A DNA stretch of 64,000 bases. It comes from a virus. The notes under the pieces are model-generated. The model did not search any database and was not told the DNA's origin. It worked only from the letters and a program-made list of their open reading frames with translations. The translations under genes were made by a program, and so were the position numbers. This document shows positions 47,144 to 56,833 of this stretch, in pieces. Numbering within the stretch: the first letter of the stretch is position 1; each line of letters begins with the position of its first letter. The stretch lies in the IMG/VR virus record IMGVR_UViG_3300045988_156211; one strand, written 5' to 3'.

Positions 47144-47428
47144 TTAGATATTAGGTATCTTCAATATCATCCCTGCTTTCAATTCATCAAAGGGATTTAG
47201 AATCTTATTTAAATCAGCTATATAGTACCATTTACCAGAATCTCCATAATAAAAAGCGGCTAAACCTTGTAGCGTTTCCCCTTCCATTAGAGTATGTAAT
47301 TTATAATCTAGAGTTTCATCCCAATTAATAGGAGCATATTCTTTTAGTGTTAAGTTATCTTCTGGTATTGATACCTGTATGTAGTCTAAAAAAGGACTAT
47401 CAATGAAATTATCAGAATTAAGTATCAT
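47144..47428 (-). CDS. LysM-domain tail protein (P2 gpX-like)
   Basis: YKLHTLMEGETLQGLAAFYYGDSGKWYYIADLNKILNPFDELKAGMILKIP is a LysM-type motif in the position typical of tail protein X. Confidence 0.6.
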   Translation of the reverse strand: MILNSDNFIDSPFLDYIQVSIPEDNLTLKEYAPINWDETLDYKLHTLMEGETLQGLAAFYYGDSGKWYYIADLNKILNPFDELKAGMILKIPNI

Positions 47429-47429
47429 A

Positions 47430-48428
47430 TTATTCTATGTTTTGGTTGTTCAACTTTAATCTACTTATACCATCAGAAGATATTATCTGTTCTGAAGTAG
47501 TATTGATATTGTTAACTCTTTTAAATACCAAAGATTGTACCGCTGTCATTGGATAAATATGATCTCCTATTATCATATTACCCTGATGGTTATCTCTTAT
47601 ATCTATAGCCATATCTTTGAGAGTATAAGAAGCTGAAAACAGTATGAACTTATATCCTTTGAATATGTCATTGTCTGAACTGTTACCAAACAGTAGTTCT
47701 AGTATAGGTGGACTAGACAGGTACCCATTGGATTTACTCCAAGATTCTAACAGCCTACATTTTAACAGTACCTCATCCCTATTATTAGGATCATTACAAT
47801 ACCAGGATACATCGAAAGATATAGTATCTTCAGAACCAGTATATTGATAGAAGGGGTTATTCCTTCCCATAGATTTTACTACAGCCCATGATGTTTCTGG
47901 CTGAACCTCTAATTGACTTGGTCTATTCTGTATCTTAAGTACTTGATACGGTGATATGGTACGGTTTATAATATAAACTCCTACATCTTTACGATGACTA
48001 AGCTTATATGATTGCCACAAAGGTATTTTACTGTGATCATAGTTATCCTTACTTACATCCACATATCTATAATCTAGGGACCTATTTAAAGGCCTATACA
48101 TAGAATGATAAGCTCCGGCTATGGTCATATGAGACCTATCTGCTCCCAGTCTATTAGCTTCATTTACTATTGTAGATTCTGTACTTATTGGTGATAAGTA
48201 GGATCTACTAGTAGATCCTACTATAGCCAGGTGTGGTATACGGTTTGGGTTTACTATATCCTTTATTGAAGGTTCTGCCTTTGGTTTTAACCCATTCTTT
48301 ACAAACCTATCTCTAATTATCTTAGCTCTCCACTCTGTCAAATTCTTATTAGACTGTACAGCTGATATACTTAAAGATACTATAGAGTTAGAACCTCTTT
48401 TAGTTATTTGACCTATTATAGTTGCCAT
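47430..48428 (-). CDS. tail/baseplate protein following the tape measure (possible Mu gp43-like)
   Basis: The call rests on position only, immediately downstream of the tape measure. No diagnostic motif recognised. Confidence 0.4.
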   Translation of the reverse strand: MATIIGQITKRGSNSIVSLSISAVQSNKNLTEWRAKIIRDRFVKNGLKPKAEPSIKDIVNPNRIPHLAIVGSTSRSYLSPISTESTIVNEANRLGADRSHMTIAGAYHSMYRPLNRSLDYRYVDVSKDNYDHSKIPLWQSYKLSHRKDVGVYIINRTISPYQVLKIQNRPSQLEVQPETSWAVVKSMGRNNPFYQYTGSEDTISFDVSWYCNDPNNRDEVLLKCRLLESWSKSNGYLSSPPILELLFGNSSDNDIFKGYKFILFSASYTLKDMAIDIRDNHQGNMIIGDHIYPMTAVQSLVFKRVNNINTTSEQIISSDGISRLKLNNQNIE

Positions 48429-48439
48429 AGTATTAAAAT

Positions 48440-50485
48440 TTAATAAATTATACCTAATTGATCTAAGTCATAGGTTGAACCATCAGTAAGAGTTCCCACA
48501 TCTCTACCATTTATAGTTAAAGCAACTCTGGTTACTCTATCAGTCATACCCTTAGCAGCTGCTACAACGGCTTCATCTCTTTTATAGTTAGGTATGAAAT
48601 ATGGGTTATAATTCGTTTTGAAAGGATCCAATATTACATAATCCCTCATATCCCGGGTTACTGAAAGATCTTTATTGGTACTAGTGTTACCAGCTATGCT
48701 TGATAACAGGTCTATTATCTCGGGCATAAAAGTAACCAAAGTAGCTACTCCCCAACCCCAACCGGGTAAGAATCTACCAAGCATAGCTCCTATTCCTGTA
48801 ATCTTACTCAATAGTGAACCACCAAGTTTAGTAGCGGCTTTAGTAGTTGCAGCTGCTGCAGCACCTTTACCAGCAGCTGTTGCAGCGGCTTTAGTAGCTG
48901 ATGTTGCAGCTGATGATGTACTACCTGACATGGCTTTGCCCAATATTAAAGCTGATAAGGTGTTATCTAATCCAGACATGGATGATTTACCATTCTTACC
49001 TTTCCTTTGAACCCATAAAGCTCCAGTAGCTGGGTTGATACCCATCTTAGTTATAAGACCAGAATTAAGTCCAACTAGTATACCCATTAATCTGGTGATA
49101 TTACTTAGTTTGGCTTCTGTAGAAGTTAAGGCAGCATTTACTGAGGTTACTCCTGCTTTTAATGCAGTAGTACTACCTGCAGCAGTTTTAAACCCAAGAC
49201 TTATCATCTTTATATTCATAACTGCCATCTTTACACCATTTACTACTAATCCCAGGGCTGATACTATACCTAAAAATTCTACAGTCTTTTTACCTACAGG
49301 AGTTTGTATAAAATCCTGAACTGTATCTATTATCTTAGTAAGACCTTGTACTAAAGGTGTAAATACAGTAAGTACTTCTCCTAAACTAACTCTTAAGTTC
49401 TCCCAGCTTGATTCTAGCATTGATAATCTACCAGCGGGAGTTTCATTGAATTCTTTTATAGTGTTGTCTACTCTACCCTGGTTTTCATCATATGTACCCA
49501 TAATCCTAGCATAAGCATTACTGTTAGCCATATCTCTAAGCATAGTAGCTACAGCTCTAGAACCACGAACCTGGAATATCTCATTCCATAACTTTATTTT
49601 ATCTTTATCGGTTACTCCATCGAAAGCCTTATTTAAGGTTTGGAATATAGTCTGTAAATCTTTAAGTCTACCTTGAGCATCAAAGAAATCTTTCTGATCC
49701 AATCCTAAAGCCTTCAATCCCATGTAACCTTTCTTCCTAGCTTCTGAAGCAGATAATGATAGGTATCTGATCATGTTGCCTAAAGCAACACCAGCCATTG
49801 AACCCTGGATACCAGAGTTACCCATTACACCGATAGCTGCAGCCATCTCTCTAAGAGATATACCTGCATTTGCAGCATCTCCCGCAGCATACTTAATTGA
49901 TTCGGCCAAATCAGGCAATGACATGTTAGCATTTGTTACAGCTGTATAAATATCATCTCCAACCTGTTTTACTTGATTCATAGGTATAGAGAAGGTAGAC
50001 ATAATATTGGTCATCAAGTCTGCTACTCCACCCTTACCTCCTACGGGTGTACCCAATATAGTACCCAACTTAGCAATGGTAGGGATCATGGCTTTTATGG
50101 CTTCGGTTTTATTACCAGCCATTGCCAAAAATCTTTCTGCTGATGCTATATCTGCTGAAGTAAGTGGGGTTATCTCATTGACATCTTTAGCTAATTGTAA
50201 TAATTCGTTCTGTTGACTATTGGTGGCTCCAGCTATCTTAGAAGCCATCCATACTTCTTTCTGTACTCCAGCTGAATACCTATAAGCATCAGCCATACCT
50301 CCAACAACAGATAAAGCAGCGGATGTAAGGGTTCCGCTGCTAGAGTTTATGGCTTGTTTATAAGTATTAACTTCACTCATCAATTGACGGAAGTCTCTAG
50401 ATATAATACCAGCTTGAGTAGAAAATCTATTTTGTAGAGTAATGGCTACACCAATATCTACTAAACTTGATCCAGGATTAAACAT
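48440..50485 (-). CDS. tail tape measure protein
   Basis: The 681-aa protein is helical and Ala/Gly-rich with hydrophobic stretches. It lies directly downstream of the frameshifted chaperone pair and upstream of the baseplate genes. Confidence 0.8.
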   Translation of the reverse strand: MFNPGSSLVDIGVAITLQNRFSTQAGIISRDFRQLMSEVNTYKQAINSSSGTLTSAALSVVGGMADAYRYSAGVQKEVWMASKIAGATNSQQNELLQLAKDVNEITPLTSADIASAERFLAMAGNKTEAIKAMIPTIAKLGTILGTPVGGKGGVADLMTNIMSTFSIPMNQVKQVGDDIYTAVTNANMSLPDLAESIKYAAGDAANAGISLREMAAAIGVMGNSGIQGSMAGVALGNMIRYLSLSASEARKKGYMGLKALGLDQKDFFDAQGRLKDLQTIFQTLNKAFDGVTDKDKIKLWNEIFQVRGSRAVATMLRDMANSNAYARIMGTYDENQGRVDNTIKEFNETPAGRLSMLESSWENLRVSLGEVLTVFTPLVQGLTKIIDTVQDFIQTPVGKKTVEFLGIVSALGLVVNGVKMAVMNIKMISLGFKTAAGSTTALKAGVTSVNAALTSTEAKLSNITRLMGILVGLNSGLITKMGINPATGALWVQRKGKNGKSSMSGLDNTLSALILGKAMSGSTSSAATSATKAAATAAGKGAAAAATTKAATKLGGSLLSKITGIGAMLGRFLPGWGWGVATLVTFMPEIIDLLSSIAGNTSTNKDLSVTRDMRDYVILDPFKTNYNPYFIPNYKRDEAVVAAAKGMTDRVTRVALTINGRDVGTLTDGSTYDLDQLGIIY

Positions 50486-51433
50486 GATTATTAGAGGTAT
50501 TAATTTTTTTCTTTAAATCTTTTAAGGCTCCGATATAAGCTTCAGCTTCATCCAAAAAGTACTTCCTTACTCTGTAGGGAAGTACTAAAAAGGTGAGATA
50601 ATCTAACCTTATCTCACCTCTTACTAATTTAATAAATTGAGCTGAAAGATCTAATCGGAGAGGCAAAAAAAACTTGGAACTCCCATGATACCAACTATAC
50701 CCTTTTCTGATGGGTTATTTGGATTCTCTACTTCTATATTTGAAGTAAATACGGGATCTATAGCCGATACAAAATCTCTTATCTCCTTCATATCTCTTAC
50801 TGAGAAGCATGAGAAATTGGTTACTCTCTCGTATTTACCATTTACGTTCAACTTAAGGTTCTTTGCAATAAGCTCTGAATTTCTGGTTCTCTTAGATTCA
50901 GGCAGATTTATGATGTATCTTTCACTTTCACCATTAAGTAAATCTATGGTTAACAGTTTACCTGAAGAAAGCGAAAACTCTATGTCTTTAGTTTTTATAT
51001 GACCTTCACTATCACAATCTCCCGGGTAGTAAGGTAAAGCAAAAGGTTTACTATCAAGTTCTTCCTCAGAAGGAGCTTTGCTATAGTCTTCAAAAACTAA
51101 CTCATTAAGATCTTGTTCAAACCCATAACTGGTACCATCATTGAATGTATAGTCAAATTCTACGGTATCACCCATAGAGAACATCCTATTTTTAATAAGG
51201 ATATAATTTCTATCCAAAGCCGGAATAGCTCTTGATTGTTCTACGGTTAACTTACCTGATTTAGTAAAATCAGTAGATACTACTATGGCAGCTATGAATT
51301 TAGCCAAATTGGTTAAATCCTTACTATCTACAGGATTAGACAGGATATCCTCATCTGCACCGTTTTGTTCCCTTATGGTATACTTATAACCAGAGGGAGC
51401 CACTAAATCTAAAGTTCTAAGTTGAATGTCCAT
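50478..51433 (-). CDS. tail assembly chaperone, -1 frameshift-extended product (about 318 aa)
   Basis: A -1 slip on T_TTT_TTT (50666..50672) joins ...PSFF to LPLRLDLSAQF... in ORF 50478..50666. That ORF has no ATG of its own; its track start is the TTG inside the slippery run. Confidence 0.6.
50651..51433 (-). CDS. tail assembly chaperone (short, in-frame product)
   Basis: The 260-aa ORF lies between the tube and tape measure genes and ends just after a T8 slippery run. Confidence 0.7.
   Translation of the reverse strand: MDIQLRTLDLVAPSGYKYTIREQNGADEDILSNPVDSKDLTNLAKFIAAIVVSTDFTKSGKLTVEQSRAIPALDRNYILIKNRMFSMGDTVEFDYTFNDGTSYGFEQDLNELVFEDYSKAPSEEELDSKPFALPYYPGDCDSEGHIKTKDIEFSLSSGKLLTIDLLNGESERYIINLPESKRTRNSELIAKNLKLNVNGKYERVTNFSCFSVRDMKEIRDFVSAIDPVFTSNIEVENPNNPSEKGIVGIMGVPSFFCLSD
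50666..50672 (-). promoter_or_regulatory. -1 programmed ribosomal frameshift slippery heptamer T_TTT_TTT
   Basis: The minus strand reads AGT TTT TTT TGC in the zero frame of the chaperone gene. A -1 slip reads TTG CCT CTC ..., which opens the 62-codon extension ending 8 nt inside the tape measure gene. Confidence 0.6.
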
Positions 51434-51493
51434 TGTTTTTAAAGTTTTAAGTGAATGAATATTTGTATTGTATAATAGTCTAAGGATTTACAT

Positions 51494-51533
51494 AGAAAAG
51501 AGGTGAAACCAAAGTAAATTATGGTCCCACCTC
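51494..51533 (-). terminator. intrinsic terminator downstream of the tube gene
   Basis: The minus-strand RNA GAGGUGGGACC-N12-GGUUUCACCUC forms an 11-bp stem that includes two G-U pairs, followed by UUUUC. Confidence 0.6.
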
Positions 51534-51569
51534 CCATCCACCTAAATCCTTAATAAAAACAATTAAGTA

Positions 51570-52034
51570 TTAGTATCGGTCTGCTGTTCCTACAGAAAAT
51601 TCTATATTCTCTATAGTATTCTCCGAAGCAGTTCTATCGAAATCCATGCCGGTTATCTTAGTAGGCCATACCTCTTCATAATGATGAGTGTTTAATATGG
51701 TTACTCCATCTTCTGCAAGATCATTTACCTCTACTACTTCCCAGTAATCTTCTGGAACTAAACCTCCACCAAGTATCATATCTTGACAAGAGTTTAACCA
51801 GTCCCATATCCATGTATCTGAACCTGCAGTAGTAAGGAGTTTTTCTATTACTAAGTTACCTACAGTAACTCTACCCGCAGTTTTTACATCTCGGTTTATA
51901 TCTCCATGAGTTACCTGGTCTATCTCTATATCCGGTAATGTAACCTTCTGACACAGGTACGGATTTATAGGGTGTTTTGGGAAAGAAACACTGAATAGGA
52001 ATTTCTTTCTTGGATTTTTTACTTTTGCTCCCAT
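51570..52034 (-). CDS. tail tube protein (T4 gp19 / contractile-injection-system tube family)
   Basis: KKFLFSVSFP...VTLPDIEIDQVTHG...KTAGRVTVGNLVIEKLL...WIWDWL fits the tube pattern. It lies directly downstream of the sheath gene and is followed by a terminator. Confidence 0.75.
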   Translation of the reverse strand: MGAKVKNPRKKFLFSVSFPKHPINPYLCQKVTLPDIEIDQVTHGDINRDVKTAGRVTVGNLVIEKLLTTAGSDTWIWDWLNSCQDMILGGGLVPEDYWEVVEVNDLAEDGVTILNTHHYEEVWPTKITGMDFDRTASENTIENIEFSVGTADRY

Positions 52035-52046
52035 ATATAAAACATT

Positions 52047-53801
52047 TTAAGCGTTATCAGTTGAATCTATAGATACAGTACTTGAAGCTGCATCTATAGT
52101 TATTACTATAGAGATTTCTTGCATAGGCACTACATCTTTATACTTAAGTATAGCCTTGTATTTACCCTGCCTTACATCAGCTTCATTGTTTACTTCAAGA
52201 TTAGAGTAGTCAGTTGCATATTGATCACCCATCCAGGTATACTCTGACATAGCATTCTGGTCTACCAAGCTATCAAGCTTCGGTTTTACCTCTAAGTAGA
52301 TAGACTTCCATGTATCCCATATGTTAGGTTCCTCTATGTACTTCTCAAGTATTGGTCTAAGAGTTTTCTTGAGATACAAGTTAAGTCTAACTATAGACAA
52401 GAATCTTTCAGAATCCTGTTTAACCTGAGAAGTGAATAGATGCCAAAGCATAGTCTGCTTACCCATTGAACTAGTGTCCTTAATGACTATCATGTTGATA
52501 TAATTATGGGCCAGTTCATTTAAATCATCATACCTAGAAGGTGATCCATAGTTGGGACATACTGGACCTTTAGCATCGGTTATAATTCCTCGATTAGCCC
52601 CAGCGAATGACTTCCATGGACCATAGTTACTAGCCGAAGAATCACCAAGACCAAGTATGGTACCAATTACATCACAACTCTGAAGTCTTCCGGATTCATT
52701 ATAGTACTTGATACCACCTCCGAAATATGCAATATACTTAGAGTTACCTATAGTATTCATAACTTCATTTTGCCAAGCTACCATGTCATCAATTTTGGTT
52801 AAAGTCTTAGGTATCTCTATATAATAGGTGAATTCCTGCAAACTCTTTATTTCTTCGGCAATCTTAGTATGTATGTTGAGTTGATACTCCTTGTTGGTCT
52901 CTTCCTCTTCATCAAATACTCGATTGTACAATGATGAACAAGTTATCTGGTATACATCAACATAATCCTTGATGGTATCGAAAGCATTAACCCAATCATC
53001 TACTGATCCCGGGTATTCTGCATTTGGCAGTTCTTCGTAGTTAGGCTGTATAACTTGTACCTTCTCATTACCACTATTCCAATCAGTTACAGTAAGCTTA
53101 TTGGTTGACTGATCATATTTCTTTATAGAATCTATGAGCTTATCAAAGCTTACTTCATCAAGATTACCCTTACTATCTACAGGCTGGAAGTATGATGTAT
53201 TGCTTATAAAGTCATACAACATCTGATAATCTACAGTAGTAGGGTTAACTTCAGTAGAATTCTGATAAGAGAAGATGTTTCCACTTTCTACTTCGGTATT
53301 TGAGCTATCCTTAATTGAGTAAGTATAGTTTACTATACCCGAGGATTCTCTCTTTTTAAATGTTACCGTATAGGTATCATCTTTCTGTCCGTTGATCTTT
53401 ACTCCAAGCTTTAGAGTACCTAATTCACCAAAGGTTAGAAGAGTAAATGTTGGCTGACCTGCAGCACTTGCAAGTTCAGTCTCATATTCATCGGCCATCA
53501 ATACACCAGCACCGGGATCTGAGAAATTTCCTGGCTGTAGAGTTTCACTGGCACATACTCTTACTACTCGTAATTTAGAACCTAAAGCCAAAGCTTTCTT
53601 AACGTTTGAAATAGTACCATCTGGCATAACTTCATCACCATATATCCTTTGGAACTGTGGCCATGAAGTGATTATCTCCGATGGGTCATTAAACGGACCT
53701 TTAGTAGTTCTTGTTATTATACAAGAAACACCGTTTAACGGAGTACTTTCTTGAACATTGTTGTTCTCAAAAGTAAATTTAACTGAAGGTGAATTTGACA
53801 T
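52047..53801 (-). CDS. contractile tail sheath protein
   Basis: The 584-aa protein has a conserved C-domain segment GPWKSFAGANRGIITDAKG (the sheath PAG..RG motif) and is paired with the tube gene. Confidence 0.8.
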   Translation of the reverse strand: MSNSPSVKFTFENNNVQESTPLNGVSCIITRTTKGPFNDPSEIITSWPQFQRIYGDEVMPDGTISNVKKALALGSKLRVVRVCASETLQPGNFSDPGAGVLMADEYETELASAAGQPTFTLLTFGELGTLKLGVKINGQKDDTYTVTFKKRESSGIVNYTYSIKDSSNTEVESGNIFSYQNSTEVNPTTVDYQMLYDFISNTSYFQPVDSKGNLDEVSFDKLIDSIKKYDQSTNKLTVTDWNSGNEKVQVIQPNYEELPNAEYPGSVDDWVNAFDTIKDYVDVYQITCSSLYNRVFDEEEETNKEYQLNIHTKIAEEIKSLQEFTYYIEIPKTLTKIDDMVAWQNEVMNTIGNSKYIAYFGGGIKYYNESGRLQSCDVIGTILGLGDSSASNYGPWKSFAGANRGIITDAKGPVCPNYGSPSRYDDLNELAHNYINMIVIKDTSSMGKQTMLWHLFTSQVKQDSERFLSIVRLNLYLKKTLRPILEKYIEEPNIWDTWKSIYLEVKPKLDSLVDQNAMSEYTWMGDQYATDYSNLEVNNEADVRQGKYKAILKYKDVVPMQEISIVITIDAASSTVSIDSTDNA

Positions 53802-53850
53802 ATCTTTGAATATTTAGTTACCTATTTAATAAATATCTTATAGTATTGTA

Positions 53851-54549
53851 TTATTGTGGTATATGTACCTTAGTCATATCTGATTCACTCTTACCGTAAG
53901 CCCCTATTAAGGTAATTATATCATTAATAGGCTTTATATCACCATCTATGATATTAGAGTAATCTATGATACTATCGTTACAGGTATAACTGTATACCTT
54001 CTCTAATATACCATGCTCTTTATCATTGTAATCATAGTAATTGCCTATCTCTATATAAATATTACCTGTTGGCTGTACTTTCTGATTTACCCATTCATAG
54101 AAGTTATTCAGATATGGTACTAAATAACCTCTAGCTGGTAGTGACATATACATTATATTGTGCAATAACCTTAGGTCTGGCATATTATTGGCCACTAGAT
54201 GAACATCTATGGTTATATCTTTAGTTTCAAAAGGATGTTCTACTCTATTATAATTGCCCTCGGTATTATTTTCTATGGCATATTTTTCCATACCAATCAT
54301 ACCTGGGTAATATGATTGTAGATCTAAGGTTATTCTTGGGCATTCTTTAGCTCCACGAGTTTGATTATTACCCACTCCAAATATGCTTACGAAGTTTTCA
54401 ATATTGGCTTTATCTTTATTAAACCTATCTTCATTTTCTTGGGATATAGGTAGATAATCATCGGGATTCAAAGTTAAGCCCATCTTTATGGCAGTACTAA
54501 GTAAACTGGCATAAAAAGTTCTTTCAACAATCTCTTCAGAATTTACCAT
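53851..54549 (-). CDS. tail-associated protein upstream of sheath (possible tail terminator/completion)
   Basis: The call rests on position only. Confidence 0.35.
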   Translation of the reverse strand: MVNSEEIVERTFYASLLSTAIKMGLTLNPDDYLPISQENEDRFNKDKANIENFVSIFGVGNNQTRGAKECPRITLDLQSYYPGMIGMEKYAIENNTEGNYNRVEHPFETKDITIDVHLVANNMPDLRLLHNIMYMSLPARGYLVPYLNNFYEWVNQKVQPTGNIYIEIGNYYDYNDKEHGILEKVYSYTCNDSIIDYSNIIDGDIKPINDIITLIGAYGKSESDMTKVHIPQ

Positions 54550-54550
54550 A

Positions 54551-55168
54551 TTACTTAATCGTTAATTTAGTTTTATCACCCATACTCAAGTTATAAACTA
54601 CAGAACCATAGAAACTTGTGTATCTATTTATAGCTTCCCTCAACCCCTTAACTACTTCCTTTTTAAGTCTCTCTTTACCTCCAGCTTGTTCATAAGCTGG
54701 TCTCCATAAGGGTCTAGCTGGTAAATCTCCATCACCTGAACCATACTCTAACATCCTAGCTATTTGAGCCATTGTCCTTTTACTTGATCCCTTTAGTCCA
54801 GACGGTCTTCTCAATCCTTGAGGTAATCCAACATATACTATACCGTTTTTACGGGTATTAATTCTTATATACCTAGCATAAAATCCTGATAAATACATTA
54901 TTGGATGTGATCCCAAAGTTTTTGTAGTTGATTCTGCATGTGGTTTCCAACTAACTCCCTTTGGAGGAGTTCCCTTTTTTAAACACGTAGTAACTATCCT
55001 ATAAAGTCTATCAGCAAATCTATTAGCACCAATACTATATCCTTGCAATAACAGTTTCGGTACATTATTTAAAAGATTTACTGCTAACTTATTTTTATTT
55101 TGGTTAACATATATCTTTATTTCCCCTAAACCTCTTAAGTCTATATTAGGTACTTTATTTGTTGCCAT
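54551..55168 (-). CDS. HK97 gp10-like head-tail/tail-completion protein
   Basis: IARMLEYGSGDGDLPARPLWRPAYEQ resembles the gp10-family pattern (E.G......PrPf..pa). Confidence 0.45.
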   Translation of the reverse strand: MATNKVPNIDLRGLGEIKIYVNQNKNKLAVNLLNNVPKLLLQGYSIGANRFADRLYRIVTTCLKKGTPPKGVSWKPHAESTTKTLGSHPIMYLSGFYARYIRINTRKNGIVYVGLPQGLRRPSGLKGSSKRTMAQIARMLEYGSGDGDLPARPLWRPAYEQAGGKERLKKEVVKGLREAINRYTSFYGSVVYNLSMGDKTKLTIK

Positions 55169-55190
55169 ATAGTGTAGTTTATTTTAATTT

Positions 55191-55772
55191 CTAGAACTCT
55201 TCCCAGTTTATAGATATAAACTTATCATGATGTTCTCTATCCATAAACTTAGACCATTCTTTTAATATAAACCCCTTATATAAAACTTTATTTTCAATAA
55301 GTAATCGTAGGAGATTCATACAGGATAAAACTGAACATATAAAATCAGGATATAATCTGAAATATATCCAGTTAACTAAATAAGTTATATCACCTAATGA
55401 TAAGTAGTCAGGTATATCTATACTTAAAGTATTAAGATGATTATTTATAGTATTGGGATACAATGGGCTATTAACCTTATCACTATGCAATAAACTAATG
55501 GCATATTCTGAAAGCTCAAGGTTAAATTTACCACCTACCCTTTTAAAATAATCATCAAAAGCCTTATCAGTACTATTGGTGTTTTTTTCAAACACTATAT
55601 TATGTTGATCTTCTCTAATGGCAATAGGTAATATATCTGCACCTTCTGAGAGAATATCTGTTGTTGTAGTAGTCTCAGTTTCAGGGTTATCTATAGTCAT
55701 ATGATCAACGGGTTCCTCAATGGGTATTGATTCACGAGGAACCCTCTTTTTAATTATTACCATTCTACTCAT
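55191..55772 (-). CDS. hypothetical structural-module protein (193 aa)
   Basis: ATG ORF in the late array. No motif recognised. Confidence 0.5.
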   Translation of the reverse strand: MSRMVIIKKRVPRESIPIEEPVDHMTIDNPETETTTTTDILSEGADILPIAIREDQHNIVFEKNTNSTDKAFDDYFKRVGGKFNLELSEYAISLLHSDKVNSPLYPNTINNHLNTLSIDIPDYLSLGDITYLVNWIYFRLYPDFICSVLSCMNLLRLLIENKVLYKGFILKEWSKFMDREHHDKFISINWEEF

Positions 55773-55774
55773 AA

Positions 55775-56278
55775 CTATATCTTTTGAAGTATTTTGGACA
55801 TCATGTCTTTTAGTTCTCCCATATCATTCTTTAATTCCCCTACATTACTTTCTATCTGTTTAAACCTACCTTCGGTTTCTCTCTTCTGTTTAATAATAGG
55901 ATTATGTTCAGCTAATACTTCATCACATAACTGAACTACCTTTTTATTGTAGGCTTCTCTATCTAACTCTCCCTGAGATTTATCTCTGAATATCTCCAGT
56001 TCTTTTAAAGCAACCTCTTTACTTACACATATTACGATATTATCTATTGTATATGAGACATCCTTTTCACTAAAGGTATATCTCAAACTGGGATTACGAT
56101 TAGGTATACTTAACCTTAAATCTACTACTCTATCAGTCATACCGGGTATACTAGAATCGTAATGAGGGTCAGTACTACTCTCTACCTTTAATGGGAAGAG
56201 TGTTAACTTATCTTGATCTATTTGGCTCTTATCTATAATATAGATAGAAGCACCTTCTTTAATATCTTTAAATGTCAT
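55775..56278 (-). CDS. hypothetical structural-module protein (167 aa)
   Basis: ATG ORF with a coiled-coil-like C-terminus, preceded by a strong terminator. Confidence 0.5.
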   Translation of the reverse strand: MTFKDIKEGASIYIIDKSQIDQDKLTLFPLKVESSTDPHYDSSIPGMTDRVVDLRLSIPNRNPSLRYTFSEKDVSYTIDNIVICVSKEVALKELEIFRDKSQGELDREAYNKKVVQLCDEVLAEHNPIIKQKRETEGRFKQIESNVGELKNDMGELKDMMSKILQKI

Positions 56279-56304
56279 AATCGTATTTATTAGGTTTAGG
56301 TTAT

Positions 56305-56346
56305 ATAAAAATATAGAAAGCCAGTAATGATTAGTTACTGGCTTTC
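56305..56346 (-). terminator. strong intrinsic terminator downstream of the 147-aa GC-island gene
   Basis: GAAAGCCAGTAA pairs with TTACTGGCTTTC (12-bp stem, 7-nt loop), followed on the minus strand by TATATTTTTAT. Confidence 0.8.
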
Positions 56347-56362
56347 AAGTAGAGATTTAAAA

Positions 56363-56806
56363 TTATGATGCAGAAGAAGAAGCACCTATAGATACTACCA
56401 CAGAATCGTTGATAACATATCCATAAGCAGCACCATTGTTTACACATGCAACACCCTGATCAGTACCAACTGAAGTGATTGTAGGAGTACTTGATGGAAG
56501 AGCAGTCCTACCTTGGAAAGCTACCTTAAATCTTCCAGTATAAGGTATTACATCAGACTTACAACCACACTTACCGGGTACTACTATTTGAATGTACACT
56601 GTGATTGGTACAAATACTGTAGTCCCAATCAATACTGAATTGCCAACTTCATACCTTACAGTAGCATTTGGCTGATTATCATTAGCGATGCAAAAAGGTT
56701 TACAAAAGCTGGCTTTAAAGGTTATCATCTCAGATAACTGATTTGCTACTGGTGCTTCTGATAGCCCAACTGGGCTCTGGTAAATTTGCAAACGCGGCTG
56801 TGACAT
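56363..56806 (-). CDS. Cys-containing beta-rich protein (147 aa), GC-rich island gene 1
   Basis: The ATG ORF has markedly higher G+C than the backbone. It contains FCKPFC and GKCGCK motifs and a Ser/Ala tail. A 12-bp-stem terminator follows. Confidence 0.65.
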   Translation of the reverse strand: MSQPRLQIYQSPVGLSEAPVANQLSEMITFKASFCKPFCIANDNQPNATVRYEVGNSVLIGTTVFVPITVYIQIVVPGKCGCKSDVIPYTGRFKVAFQGRTALPSSTPTITSVGTDQGVACVNNGAAYGYVINDSVVVSIGASSSAS

Positions 56807-56833
56807 AATTCTAATGGTTTAAAGGGTTAAACA

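Noticed and set aside
48675-50216. Plus-strand ORFs (48675..49010, 49035..49319, 50007..50216) lie inside the tape measure gene. Same-strand alternative-frame ORFs lie inside the GC-rich fibre (59206..59415, 59680..59862, 60100..60312), and antisense ORFs lie inside the Cys-rich gene (56993..57380).
   Set aside because: All lie in locally G+C- or Ala/Gly-rich coding sequence where stop codons are rare in every frame. The translations look non-protein-like and they are fully contained in well-supported genes.
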